From: Octopus sinensis
Lineage: Eukaryota
Reading direction: 5' to 3'
NCBI RefSeq assembly: GCF_006345805.1
Contig: NC_043010.1
Location: 25,358,001-25,422,000, forward strand
Length of the DNA: 64,000 bases
Under the pieces are notes generated by a model. That model was not told where the DNA came from. It ran no database searches and saw nothing but the letters and a program-made list of their open reading frames with translations. Position 1 is the first letter of the stretch, and each line of letters begins with the position of its first letter. The position numbers were made by a program, and so were the translations under genes. Shown here piece by piece: positions 23,801 through 35,288 of this stretch.

Positions 23801-26800
23801 CAAATTTTTGGAATGAATAGAATCTATTTACTTGATTCAAGTCCTGACACTTTATTTTATTGACCCCTTGAGGATGAAAAGCAATGTTATGTACACAGGA
23901 CTTAAAGTGATATAACTAAATAGAAAAATTATAAAAGAAAAACCTACCTTCTATTTCTTTAAGTATCTTTTCTTTCTTTCGTTGCAAAAGTACCTGTTTT
24001 TTCCTCTCAGCTTCTGCTTCTCTTTGTCGTTCTACAATTGTCCTGGCATGGATATCATTAAAATCAACCTGATGGGTGACAAAATGAAGATTCTACAGTA
24101 ATCCTGATTGACAAAGTACCGTCAAGTTTAGGCCGTACACTCTTAGTATAATGGGGTTATGACTTGATTCCAATGTTCAGTTGTAAGCATTATCCTTCAT
24201 TCACATTTCTGATGTCCTTTCCCAAAAATCTGCACACACACCACATCCAGGGCTACCAAACATACTCAACTCTCCTTCCTTCATCACTATAACTGTGCCA
24301 CAATCCACATTTGACTTCACTAAATATTTTCCTCAATCATTCCTTCTCAAAACTGCATTACTCTTGAATTTCCTTTCTTCCCACATTTTTGTTTGTTAGT
24401 TTTTGTAACTAAATTGGTCTAGATTGAACACTGCTATGGTCAAAAGTATTCTATCCATGACCATATCCTCTTGTTTTCAAGCATAATTTTTCTGTGTAGG
24501 ACAACATTAACCATTGTGTACCACCCATATTGGTCAGTGAACCAGAGAATGCTTTAAAGTTGATGGTGAGAAATAAAGTCCCAAGTAAAAGATGATATAA
24601 CATTCAGTCTATATGCATGGAAATGTATAATTAAGATTGAGCCAATGATCAGTCATCCTGTTGGAAATAACAGCCAAATCTACTTCAAACTACTGTTTTA
24701 GAAGAGGAAAATGTTAGATAAGGTGATACTGGCAACCAAAACATAAGAAAAAATGTGTGAAGTCATGGTTGAAATGCTTTTGATCTTAGATTTGACCAAT
24801 CAAAATGTAAAACCAAAAGTCTTAAGTTTTGATTGGATTTAAACAACAGCAACAACAACAATAACATTGCTACCACTGAAACATGACAAGGGTATGGACA
24901 TTAAGTTATTGCCCTTGTATAGGAATAATTATTTTACCATTTTACAATTCTTCAGGAAATTATAGCCTAGAGCAAGTTTTTTATAAGCGTTTCCAAATTT
25001 CTCATTCCATTGTTGGATAGCTTTCAGAGCTTCAAACCTCAGTCGTTTGGCCACAACTTTAGGCGGTGGTAAAGGTTCTTCAGGGTCAATGCCTTAAAAT
25101 AAATAAAAAAAAAAAAAAGCATTAAAAATAATGGTTTCAAATCATGGCGCAGAGCCAGCAGTTTTTGAGGGAGAGGGAAGTCGATTACATTGGCTCCAGT
25201 ACTTGACAAAAGGAGGACAAGCAAAGTCAACCTTGGTGGAATTTGAACACGGAACATATATACAAAGGAAAAGCTACTAAGCAATCTGTTCAACATGCTA
25301 AAACATTAAAAAATTATAAAAATAGATATTAAATAAAAGTGTTTAATTACCTCCACCTTAGCGATGGTAGAGGTATTGTTTTCAACCATATTTGTTTGTT
25401 TGCTTGTTTGTCTGTGGACAAGGTATCTCAAAAACTGCTGGATGGATTTGGATGAAACTTCCAGGGATGTTTGGCATCGTGACTGGCACAAACTGATTAG
25501 ATTTTTGGGATCGATCTGGTACTGGACAAGGATTCTGGATTATTTTTCCTGTTTTTTTACTTAATTTTTGCGAGTGGTTGGATTCATTTTTAGTTTTTTG
25601 TTCGTGAGGGCAGTTGAGTTTATTTCATATATTCTCATTTTAAAAATCATCTCCGGCTAATCGTTGAGAGGACGTTAGTGTTGTCTTGGCAGTGGTTTGC
25701 GCTCTCTGAGTGCTCGTTTCAGATCTTCTCGTTTTAAAAATCATCTCTGGCTAATCATTGAGAGGACATTGGTACTGCCTTGGTGGAGGTTTGCACTTTC
25801 TGAGTGCTCTTGTTGGTAATTGATTTTCTAACTATTCCACTAAGTGAAACTAAACAACAAAAACAACATGTCAGTAATGATACCATAATGGATGTCTACA
25901 ACCTGTACCTGCAAGAATTGCAACCTGTACCTGCAGGTTTGCAAGACAAGGATGTCTCAGCTGAGAGAGGGAGAGGAACTGAGAGGAGCAGTTGTGTGCC
26001 AGGCAAAAGGAGGGAGCATGATAGAGGACCAGGGATAGATGTTTTACCATAAAAGAGATACTTCTACTCTTGTAGGACAAGAAAATGGAGGAAGGTAGAA
26101 GAAAGAGAGTGAAATATAAGAACAGTCAGAATGAGAGAGAGCTGTCTTAGGGTGTCTCATAATGATGATGGAGCACAGTTTATTTGCAATACTTCTAATT
26201 TATTTGTAATAGATGTGTTTGTTCCAGTCCAAGTTACCAGTGTTTAAAATGTGCCCCATCATTATAAGACACTCTGTACATCATATTACCTCAGTTTTAA
26301 CAAAAGGCTACAGTGGAGTTTAACTATCTGTCAGTTATCATAAATAGATCACAAAGTGATTTGGTGGAGTATGGCTGTGGTTAAGAATCCGTGAGGTTCT
26401 GAGTTCAATCCTATTGCATAACATCTTACATAAATGTCATTTTGGGGCACAGGCATGGCTGTGTGCTTAAGAAGGTTGCTTTCCAATCATATTGTTTCAG
26501 GTTTCAATCCCACTGCATGTCTCCTTATGCAAGTACCTTCTACTATAGTCTCAGACCAACCAATGCCTTGTGAGTGGATTTGGTTGACAGAAACTGTGTA
26601 GAAACAGTAAGGCAGTAAGCTGACAGAAACGTTAGCATGCCGGTGAAATGCGTAGCCGTATTTCGTCTGCCGATACGTTCTGAGTTCAAGTTCCACCGAT
26701 GCCAACTTTGCCTTTCATCCTTTCGGGGTCGATAAATTAAGTACCAGTTACGCACTGGGTTCAATGTAATCGACTTAATCCCGTTGTCTGTCCTTGTTTG

Positions 26801-26885
26801 TCCCCTCTATGTTTAGCCCCTTGTGGGCAATAAAGAAATAAAAAACTGTGTGGAAACCTGTCATGTGTGTGTGTGTGCATGTTTG

Positions 26886-26948
<63 letters not shown>

Positions 26949-27482
26949 CGTATGTGTCTCTCTCTTTGTGTTTGTCCTCCTATCATTTGTTTCCACCCCC
27001 CAGTAAAAATGTTTGATAGATATACCAGCTATAAAAAAATAAAGTACTGCTTGACTAAGCCCTTGAAGACAATGGCCCAACATGGCTGCAGTCCAATAAT
27101 TGAGAAAGATATAAGAGTAGAATTAGCTTTTATAAAATATACTTACCGACAGCCAGTGTAAAGAAAGGTTGAAGCTCTGACACCAATTTTTCTCGGAAGC
27201 AATGAGATCTTTGAAAAAGTTCATTGATTATCATAAAAGTTGACCACCTGACTTCAGCATGTTCCTTGCAGAGATGCACCATCAACAGATCATATGCACG
27301 GAGAACATAAATATTGGAAACTCTGGTAAGGGAAAAAAAAGAATCATTGGATGGCAAATATGATACAGGGTTTTGTAGTCTTAAACTGACTAGGGATAAC
27401 TTATATCTGGATATTAAAAGTTCTTAACCATACAGTCATGCCTGTGTGTGTGTATATGTATATATATATATATTATATATAT

Positions 27483-27528
<46 letters not shown>

Positions 27529-30500
27529 TATATGAATAAATAAATAAATGGAGTTGAACGAAGATGTTAACAAAATTCCTTTACATATGTTTCGAAGACA
27601 ACATGGTTTTATTCCAAAGGAATAAACGGTGTAAAATGCAATCTTCTCATCAGGAAAGAAAGAGAGCCTCTCATGATGACTGCCTACATGATAAACAGAA
27701 CGTTATTAAGTATTTAAAAAGACCGTTAGTAGATTTGATGTCAAACGCAGATAGTAGGAAGAGAAGGGTTAAAGGAATAAGTAGAGAACAAATAGAGAGG
27801 GATACGTTGATTAAAAAAATATTCAAAGGCTTAGAAATAGACTTCTCTATTGAAGTAAAGTGCAAGTTAAACTAACTGTTCAAACTATAAAGACTGGTGA
27901 AATCACTTATATGAGTAAAAAGTATGTTTCTGCCAGTGTTTACATTTGTACGATCACTCTATAACGAAAAGGCAGACTTCTATAACGCCGCCTTGATAAA
28001 AGCTGGCTATAAAGAGAAAGTGTCATACATTGATTCTGCTCAATCTAGTCCTATTATCTACTTCTTAAGACAAAATATCTAGTTGTAATAGTAAGAGTGA
28101 TTTTAATTCAAATAGCGTAAGCAGCGCAATCTCTTATGATAAAAGGCAGATTTTCTCTGCCTGTTCCCATGTTCCTTTTTAATACAATTCTACAATATAG
28201 AATTTCTTCAATTGGAATTTACCTATGATTTTTCGAAGTAGATTCGATTGGGTCATGGCATGTAAAATTTTTTCAATTTGACCCCCAATTAAGCAAAAAT
28301 TCGAGAAAACTCAATATTTTACGATTTGCCTCTCTCATTTCAAGTGGTTTACTCCTGCTATTATCACCACACTTTCTCCTACTTTCTCTTTGCAAGTGTG
28401 AAACTATTAAAGTGAAAGTATTATATAACAGGGATGAGCCATTAATAGTGGTCATCCTTTTTTCCAGAGGAAGATCCGCTATGGTCTTATATGCTACACC
28501 ACTGGTTTTCAATTCATATTAATCAAATTAATATTCAATTTTTCACCCTTATTGTGTGTGTGTGTGTGTATTAGCAATTCGTATAAAATTGCATCAATGA
28601 CTTGAACTTGAATAAGTGGTTTCACATAAATGGGGATGAATTAAAAAGGTTTCTTATTATTATTACTGTTTGACTATTGTAATCACATTTGTTGGTTCCT
28701 CGTCAGGGAAACGTTGTTGTGTTGCATTTGTTAAATAACTGTAAAGCGTAACCCTCTCCCTTTCGGAGAAGGGGCTTTGGTTATTGTTTAAAAATTGAAT
28801 TGTGTCCCTGTTTGGGGAAACTGACAATATTTTCACTGTCTTTACGGAAGCATTTTTGTTAAAATGCCTTCGATAGAAGAAAGTCCAAAAATGAATTTCG
28901 CTGCAGCCATACACTTCTATACAAGAGGGAGGACAAGATCCAATTGATCGAAATTGCAAGAGAAGGGCCTACAATTCCAGTCTGTTATATATTTTGAGTA
29001 TTGTTATCACTAGCGATATCAAGATATAACTTTGTATTTTGTATTTTATGTGTAGATGTATATATATAGATGTACATGTAATATGTACACATATATACAT
29101 GCATAATATATCTACCCATACACACATACACACACACTCACATACATAGGGGCAGGTGTGGCTGTGTGGTAACAAACTACGTTCCAAACACATGGTCCTG
29201 GGTTCAGTCCCACTGTGTGGTGACTTGGCATGTGTCTTCTGCTGTAGCTTCAGACCAACAAAAGCCTTAGTGGATTTTGTACATACATATATATACATGC
29301 ATACATACATATTCGGCATAAACACTCTACCACTACAACTAATAACTGTTGGGAACACTTTCAAACCTGCCTTACATTCGAACCGGAATCTCAAAAACAT
29401 TGTCCCTTTCAGCGCCAAGCTCAACTGCTCTATCCTGACAGGGAGGGTATCAGCAATGAAATTTATAACAAAACACTCATTGACGTTGAAGACAGAATTG
29501 CTAAACTGGGTGGAAATGAATTGTCGACGTATGGCCTGCCACAAGAATTCAGGTCAGGGTCAAATAGCCTTCCCACTGCTGTCATTCGTGAAACAACCTA
29601 CGACACTCAAGCGCTTTCAAAGTACATTGTTGAAAATGAGCCTAAACTACTTCCGGATAGGTAGCATCAGGATGTTGCAGTAGCTGTAGCCTCCTCTGGC
29701 ATTGCAGCTACTTTGTTACCCGGTGGCAGAACAGCACACTCAACTTTTAAACTCCCTCTCAATTTAGCAGCATCCGAAATGCCTTCATGCAACATCAACA
29801 AAAGCTCAGATCAGGGACAAGTACTTAAAATGTGTTATGTAATTGTCTGGGATGAGTGCACTATGGCTCACAAGGGAGCTTTGGAAGCATTAGATAGAGC
29901 CCTGAAAGACATTCGAGACTGTCAGCCTCCAATGGGAGGTGTAACGCTTCTGTTGTCAGGTGATTTCAGGCAAACTCTTCCTGTCATTCTGAAAGGCACT
30001 AGAGCTGATGAAGTTCAAGCATGCCTAAAGTCCTCTACCTGTGGCATCATGTTACAATCTTTAGTCTCACCACGGCGACAAAATGTCCACAAAGTTTGCA
30101 CAGGACATTTTGACACTTGGTGAAGGCAAGATGCCTCTCGATGCTGCAGGACAAATGGAAGTGTGGTCATTTTCCTCTGTTGTTAATTCTGTAGATGACC
30201 TCAAAAACAAAGTCTTTCCCAACTTCACACAAAACTACCAAAATCACAATTGGCTGTGTGAAAGAGCAATATTAGCTCCAAAAAACGTCGCTGTTAACAA
30301 AATTAATCAACAGCTAATGCATTCTCTTCCCGGCACTATACACACTTACAATTCTGTTGATACAATTCCAGATATAAATGAAGTTGTGAACTATCCTCCT
30401 GAATTTCTCAATTCACTGGAGCCCTCCTCGACTACCTCCACACATATTACCACTTAAAGTTGGAACTCCTGTAATGCTACTCTGCAATCTGGAACCACCA

Positions 30501-33016
30501 AGGCTTTGCAATGGAAGACGACTGGTGATAAAGAAAATGATATTACATGTTATTGAGGCGATCATTCTTTCTGGATGTGGAAAAGGTGATGACGTCTTTA
30601 TTCCAAGATTTCCTCTTACTCCATCAGGAGCAGAAATTCCATTTACATTCAGAAGACTGCAATTCCCCCTTTATGTCAGCTTTGCCATGTCCATTAACAA
30701 ATCTCAGGGTCAAACCCTCTCTGTAGCTGGTCTTCTCTTGGAAGAGCCCTGCTTCTCGCATAGGCAACTGTATGTTGGCTGCTCAAGAGTAGGAACCAAA
30801 AGAAACCTTTTTGTATATGCTCCACAAGGAAAAACAAGGAACATTGTTTACAACGAGGTGTTATAATCTCAACAGCCAGGAGGTATATACATGATCCCCT
30901 ATTTTTAAACAAACTTCATGTACTTTCATGTATTTATATTAATATACATATATTTGTGTGTGTGTGTGTGTGTGTATCCATATATAACAGAAAAGTCTAA
31001 TTCTTCTATTGAATGTAACCGGGCAACGCTGGGTATCTCTGCTAGTACATAATACAAATTCTTTACAGACTAGGGGAGGTAAGCATTATTTAACCTCAAA
31101 TTTCCACCCAAGAAATTTTTCCTCTACCTTTATAGATAATACCACTTACAATTTAAATGTCACTAGGAAAAGTATCTGGTTTGTAATTCCATTTGGAAAA
31201 CAAATTAAATCGAACCTTCCATTGCAGCTCCGTGAAGCGGTTGCTAGGAACTTTCTAAAAAATTCTAGATATTATTCGATTATTAACTCTCACAAAGTTA
31301 GAGTCGCTTTCTCCAACACTAAGAATCTTTCACAAATTATATCTTCTCACAATACCAATCTGCTAAATAAAGGTTCTTTATCTGGGAGTTCCAACATTAA
31401 TCTCGTTAATTCCAACCCCTCATATTATAATAATAATAATAATAATAATCATTGCAATAAAAACTTGGTTTCAATCTTTGAGGACAACCCCAACAGAATT
31501 AAATTTTTGTCTAATAATTCTAAGATCAAGAATTCTATATACCAGTGTAAAATTTCTTCCAGTACCGATGTCTACTTCTACATAGGCGCATCCACTTCCC
31601 AGTTAACCAAGAGAATTTCAAATCATTATTCATCATTTAGGGATGGCAAAAAATGCCATAGTACAGGGCTAAGTAAATTGGTTTGGCACCTTAAAGACAA
31701 CAATAAAGATTTTAAGTTAGATTGGTTCATACTGTCCGTATCATTTCCTTTTGATAAGGGCAAGAGATTTTGTAACATTTGCAACTCTGAACTCTTCCAT
31801 ATTCTCTTCTCTAAGAATCACCTTGTTAACAAACTTATAGAGTGATCGTACAAATGTAAACACTGGCAGAAACATACTTTTTACTCATATAAGTGATTTC
31901 GCCGGTCTTTATAGTTTGAACAGTTAGTTTAACTTGCACTTTACTTCAATAGAGAAGTCTATTTCTAAGCCTTTGAACATTTTTTTAATCAACGTATCCC
32001 TCTCTATTTGTTCTCTACTTATTATTCCTTTAACCCTTCTCTTCCTACTATCTGCGTTTAACGTCAAATCTACTAACAGTTTTTTTTAAATACTCAATAA
32101 CGTTCTGTTTATCATGTAGGCAGTCATCGTAATTGTTATAATGTCTTGTTGTTGAGAGAGGCTCTCTTTCTTTCCTGATGAGAAGATTGCATTTTACACC
32201 ATTTATTCCTTTGGAATAAAACCATGTTGTCTTCGAAACATATGTCGAAAGTAAAAGAATTTTATTAACATCTTCGTTCAACTCCATTTATTTATTCATT
32301 TATAACACACAAATTACTGCACATTAACCCGGAGTTTCTACCTTTGGATAGGTCGCTTCAACCGTGTTTCTGACGTGAATTTTGCTACCCTGGTAACGGT
32401 TTATTGAATTTTCCATGTTAACGGTAAACATAGGATAATTCATTCATCCATTGATATATATATATATATATATATATAAAGCTAAAAACATCTCCTTCAG
32501 TCATGAATGACCATGGGATTGCACTTATAAAGTTCCCCTCCAAGGCACAAGTCCTGGTAAGGCTGGTTTTGGAAGACCAGCAGTCGACCATGTATACCAG
32601 CCTCCCCTCTCCATGCCACCGATGTTATCCAAGAGAAAGGCAAAGGCCAATACATCTTGGCACCAGTGACATCACTGCTCATTTCTACAGCTGAGTGAAA
32701 TAAAGTTTCTTGCTCAAGAATACAACACACTGCCCAGTCCAGGAATCAAACTCACTGCCTCATGATTATGAGCCAATGCCCTAACACACACACACACAAT
32801 CATCATCATTTAACATCAGTCTTCCACATTGTTGGACAGAATCTGAGGATTGTATCATGTTCCAGTGTCAGCTTGACAGGATTTCTATGCCTGGATGCCC
32901 TTCCTAATATCAAACACTTTACAGAGTGTATTGGGTACATTTTCCATGTTACCATCACTAGTAAAGATTGCCTTCTACTAAGGACTAAATGTGGCCCCTA
33001 TAATTAAGGAAATCTA

Positions 33017-33097
<81 letters not shown>

Positions 33098-35288
33098 CTG
33101 ATAGGTAGGTAGGTAGGAAGGTAGGTAGGTAGTGAGACTATAGGGGTGAGATAATGAGGGAGGGTAAGTAAGATGAGAGGAACAGATTTATAGTTGTGGT
33201 AGGGTGGTAGTGGAGAGAGTAGTAGACACTAACAGGGGAAGTAAGATAGGTAACAGCAAGAAAAAGAAAGGATTAGTGTTAAGAGGTTATTGGGAAAACA
33301 TGCAGGGGATAGAGTAGAAAGGTGACAGGGAGATTTTGTAGGTAGTGTTCCAAGGCTATCCAACATTATAAAAGCAAGTGTAATTGTAAGAGATATCCCA
33401 CCAGTCTTGACATTTGTATTCTTAATATAATCTTTGGGTAGATTCAACAATATACTATATGGGAAAAGGTTTGGCTGGCCTACTGAATAACAAGTACAGT
33501 CTTTCTGTCATGACTCTATGTAATCCATGCCATTTCTGTCTATTCAGATTCATTCACAAGTTTGTGGTGGATTCAAGGCTAGTAAAAGATATATGTCTAC
33601 ATATGCATGCACACACACATGTACTCTAAAAAAAACGTTTTCATATGTCAAAAGAGAAGGGTTTGTAAAGCTTTGGGTGTAGTATTTAGTAAATGAGAGG
33701 TAACTCTGCCACTGGATAGGACACCAGCTTTTTAAAAGTGATATTCCCCCAAAATTTTGGAAGTCAAGCATATATAGAATTTTTAATTTAATTTTATTTA
33801 TTTATTTATTTGCTGCTTAACAATGAAAGAAAACACCTGCAAGAGATATGAACACAAGGCCTACAAAGTTTTAATCCAATATTTTATCCACTCAGCTATG
33901 AATATGTAGATAGTGTTCAATCCCAGATTCAGTTGTCTAACAGTTCACATCATACCCACATCTGCTGCACTGCATCCTTGGGTAAAAGAGTTTGTATATT
34001 CGTGCACAGACATCATTGCTAAAAGTAACAGCCACCCAGGAAATGATATTAAATTTACCCATTCAAATTGCCTTTATCCTTTTGATATCAATCTGCCTCA
34101 AAAGCATTTGATGATGAGCAGAAATCAAGTGAAATGCAGTCTCATTGAAAATATAAGCTCTAGATATAAGACCAACAGACTATAACACTTAGTGATATAT
34201 CAATCAAAATGTAAATGTGTAAATATTGAAATATATTCCATCACAAAAGATGTGTAAATATTCTTTACTACTCTAGGCACAGGGCCCGAAATTTTGGGGG
34301 ATGGTGGGGGGCAGTTGATTAGATCAACCCCAGTACACAATTGGTACTTACTTTATCGACCCCAAAAGGATGAAAGGCAAAGTTGACCTCGGTGGAATTT
34401 CAACTCAGAATATAAAGACAGATGAAATATTGTTAAGCATTTCGCCCGGCATGCTAATGATTCTGCCAGCTCGCCACCTTAAAAGATGTGTAAATATTGA
34501 AATATGTTCCATCACAAAACAAAAGTTTAACCTGTTTGTTACTCTGTTTCTGTTGATATACTCTTTGTTTCAATTGATTTTGAAAATAACGAAGAATTTA
34601 GCAAAATAACTTCGTTATAACAATAATTATTAAGCTGATGTTTGGAACATAAATTGGTTTCAAATTTAGGTACAAGGCCAACAATTGTGAGGGAGAGAGT
34701 AAGTTGGTTACACTGACCTCATTGTTCAACAGGTACTTATTTTATTGGCATAAAAAAGCTGAAAGGTGGAGTTGGCCTTCGAGACATTTGAACTCAAAAT
34801 GTAAAGAGTCAGAAGAAATGCCACTGACATTTTGTCCAATGTGCCAACAATTCTGCCAGCTCATGGCCTTTTGTTTCGAACATGAATTACGATGAAATTT
34901 AGAAGGAAGATTTTAATTAGATCTCATTAAAAGCAAGAAGCATATATCATAAAACTGGGGTAGGTCCCAGGCATGTTGGTATCAAAAGGTTCAGACAGGA
35001 ACAAAACACTCAGTGATCACTGAGGGTCGACCAATCAAAAGAATATTGAAATTTTCCTTCTCAAAAGTCAGAAAAATTGCAAAATTATTATTTTATCAAC
35101 AACAAAACAATTAAATTTGGACATTTAAATGTTTAATAAAAAAAAAATGAAAAAAACAAATCATACTTGCAAATTTTTTTGAATTTTTTCATGATCTCCT
35201 CATCAAGAGTTTGTTTGCCAGAATTGGTCAGTTTTTCCAAATGTTCTGACATTTGATTACATAGGTCAGTATCCAGAACCTCATCCAT
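4821..35288 (-). CDS. UVSSA: UV-stimulated scaffold protein A gene span (9 coding exons, 1781 nt; 3' exons outside window)
   Basis: GT-AG exons join in compatible phases. The translation matches remembered UVSSA motifs: KKICK, EHAEVR, ELFQRSH, PLPPP, WNEKFG.AYKKLALGY, VDF.D, FEEVEEKEGYE, DEQDP.S.AA. Confidence 0.95.
5205..5488 (-). mobile_element. 3' fragment of a CR1/L2-type LINE
   Basis: Minus strand reads FFTLTVAEAWNKLPASVV, followed by a (TTA)n tail. Confidence 0.65.
5500..6770 (+). mobile_element. 5'-truncated Penelope-like element (RT thumb, Zn linker, GIY-YIG), frameshifted
   Basis: TDIFYKATDAKQYLLFNSCHPRHTKTNIPFNLARRICTI, CGRSNCATC, IIYVIKCSGCHQDYVGST; ends in (TA)n. Confidence 0.88.
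6555..6593 (+). ncRNA. Minimal hammerhead ribozyme motif, U3-A8 variant
   Basis: aagaaa t TTGAAAA GC taaat GC GAAA CCGG TC tttctt in the PLE 3' end; stem I is offset by one nt. Confidence 0.55.
7703..7780 (-). CDS. UVSSA: UVSSA coding exon 8 (TFIIH-binding acidic motif)
   Basis: DDDDFEEVEEKEGYESDIPEHLKNVS; ttcacag| and |gtaggt. Confidence 0.92.
8135..8480 (+). mobile_element. 3' fragment of a Tc1/mariner-superfamily (maT/DD37D-like) transposon
   Basis: PNSPDCNPLDYHVWGAVE...CRRF*SRLEAMVEAKGNFIE; flanked by TA repeats. Confidence 0.75.
9168..11500 (+). mobile_element. 5'-truncated CR1/L2-type LINE ORF2 (end of APE plus RT); young
   Basis: LDLVFS...SDH, GPDGIHP, NYRPVSLTS, DFAKAFDSV, GVPQGSVLGP, LFADD; two in-frame TGA stops and one frameshift; terminal stem-loop and (TAAC)n tail. 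Confidence 0.92.
11600..11735 (-). CDS. UVSSA: UVSSA coding exon 7
   Basis: ELSKTGPDNETVKKLTDAMTKLDKTKSQLDELNLEGVKSMTDDET; ttgcag| and |gtaatt; phases fit neighbouring exons. Confidence 0.85.
13272..13642 (-). mobile_element. Helentron-type (HINE-like) non-autonomous element
   Basis: Same family as 25346-25812 and 60250-60750: subterminal CCTCCGCC/GGCGGAGG-like repeats, terminal hairpins, T-rich target. Confidence 0.6.
13912..14295 (+). mobile_element. tRNA-derived SINE, apparently full length (partial copies at ~11876-12160 and 12666-12824)
   Basis: A box TGGCCCAGTGG and B box GGTTTCGATTCC, followed by a non-tRNA body repeated elsewhere in the window. Confidence 0.8.
15437..15900. repeat. 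Local tandem duplication of a ~115-bp unit separated by (TATG)n
   Basis: tgatcagttttatt.caagatttct.gccaatagagaaagagc...aacatcaacaaca at ~15481 and ~15801. Confidence 0.7.
16611..16990 (-). mobile_element. Penelope-like pseudo-LTR remnant
   Basis: Abuts a (TA)n tract and carries a hammerhead motif. Confidence 0.55.
16659..16706 (-). ncRNA. Minimal hammerhead ribozyme, U3-A8 variant, apparently intact
   Basis: cgttacag TTGAAAA GGTC tcaaaat GACC GAAA CCGG TA ctgaaatg; stems I, II and palindromic III all pair. Confidence 0.75.
17060..17232. repeat. (GAA)n/(GAT)n/(TA)n microsatellite complex
   Basis: Direct reading. Confidence 0.9.
17339..17760 (-). CDS. UVSSA: UVSSA coding exon 6
   Basis: Acidic tract then LIRSHGLGSMNYCLTINV...ETEDNKDIL...YLPNVKRWLK; ttatcag| and |gtaatt. 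Confidence 0.9.
18046..20948 (+). mobile_element. 5'-truncated RTE-clade LINE with several stops/frameshifts
   Basis: SQIDYIL (APE end), GKAPGPSG, NYRGIKLL, AFVDMEKAF, GVHQGSVLSP, YADD, Cys-rich finger, GRGRPRKTW; repeat-containing 3'UTR and (GAT)n tail. Confidence 0.93.
21636..22101. mobile_element. hAT-type MITE
   Basis: Termini CAGAGATTGGCAAA / TTTGCTGACCCCTG; degenerate 8-bp TSD gtttcagt/gctttagt. Confidence 0.6.
22406..22723 (-). CDS. UVSSA: UVSSA coding exon 5
   Basis: ETFPHLESCLTQSENCYQLLI followed by a low-complexity D/N/S tract; tttcag| and |gtaaaa; phase 1/1. Confidence 0.88.
22945..22987 (-). ncRNA. Degenerate hammerhead motif in a probable PLE remnant
   Basis: gcttgg CTGAGGA GATC taataa GATT GAAA CATG TT caatgc. 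Confidence 0.45.
23948..24068 (-). CDS. UVSSA: UVSSA coding exon 4
   Basis: VDFNDIHARTIVERQREAEAERKKQVLLQRKKEKILKEIE; catcag| and |gtaggt. Confidence 0.93.
24938..25092 (-). CDS. UVSSA: UVSSA coding exon 3
   Basis: GIDPEEPLPPPKVVAKRLRFEALKAIQQWNEKFGNAYKKLALGYNFLKNCKM; ttttaag| and |gtaaaa. Confidence 0.95.
25346..25812 (+). mobile_element. Helentron-type (HINE-like) element with duplicated 3' end
   Basis: ttacctccaccttagcgatggtagaggt 5' palindrome; 3' ggtggaggt...gcactttctgagtgc hairpin present twice. Confidence 0.6.
26445..27115 (+). mobile_element. tRNA-derived SINE (family S1) with a nested second SINE (S2, 26606-26842)
   Basis: S1 head ggcacaggcatggctgtgtg; S2 flanked by aaactgtgtagaaac / aaactgtgtggaaac TSD. 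Confidence 0.75.
27147..27322 (-). CDS. UVSSA: UVSSA coding exon 2 (VHS/ENTH-like domain)
   Basis: VSNIYVLRAYDLLMVHLCKEHAEVRWSTFMIINELFQRSHCFREKLVSELQPFFTLAV; ttaccag| and |gtaagt. Confidence 0.95.
28130..31045 (+). mobile_element. Non-autonomous (deleted) Helitron
   Basis: A|TCTCTTATGATAAAAG 5' end; imperfect hairpin CCGGGC-AAC-GCTGGG then CTAG|T 3' end; removing it restores the PLE reading frame. Confidence 0.87.
29670..30866 (+). pseudogene. Helitron PIF1-like helicase, frameshifted, no Walker A seen
   Basis: VASSGIAATLLPGGRTAHSTFKLP, VWDECTM, GDFRQTLPV, ILAPKN, FAMSINKSQGQTL, QLYVGCSRV. Confidence 0.9.
32165..32258 (+). ncRNA. Type I hammerhead ribozyme with extended stem II
   Basis: CTTTC CTGATGA GAAGA...(TTTATTCC TTT GGAATAAA)...TCTTC GAAA CATATG TC GAAAG; predicted cleavage after 32246. 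Confidence 0.85.
33020..33131. repeat. (GATA)n/(GGTA)n microsatellite
   Basis: Direct reading. Confidence 0.95.
35167..35288 (-). CDS. UVSSA: UVSSA coding exon 1 (exon starts at 35336 with 5'UTR)
   Basis: MDEVLDTDLCNQMSEHLEKLTNSGKQTLDEEIMKKFKKICK; donor AA|gtatga; acceptor tttcag before 35336. Confidence 0.92.

Larger units (their letters stand above)
27533..32454 (+). mobile_element. Penelope-like element: inverted pseudo-LTR (27533-27964), truncated ORF, GIY-YIG and pLTR; interrupted by a Helitron; inserted in (TA)n
   Basis: 27533-27964 is the reverse complement of ~31838-32300. NEKADFYNAALIKAGY near 27963; RKSIWFVIPF, SIYQCKIS...FYIGAST, CNICNSE; (TA)n on both flanks. Confidence 0.88.

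Noticed and set aside
28620-28712. CTGACGA...GAAA on the minus strand inside the Helitron
   Set aside because: Stems II and III do not pair around the core, so it is not called a hammerhead.
29713-30866. Host PIF1 helicase gene
   Set aside because: Intronless, frameshifted, no Walker A seen, and bounded by Helitron termini.
31009-31045. TTG start of the 278-aa ORF
   Set aside because: The first codons come from the Helitron 3' end; the true PLE frame continues from 28129.
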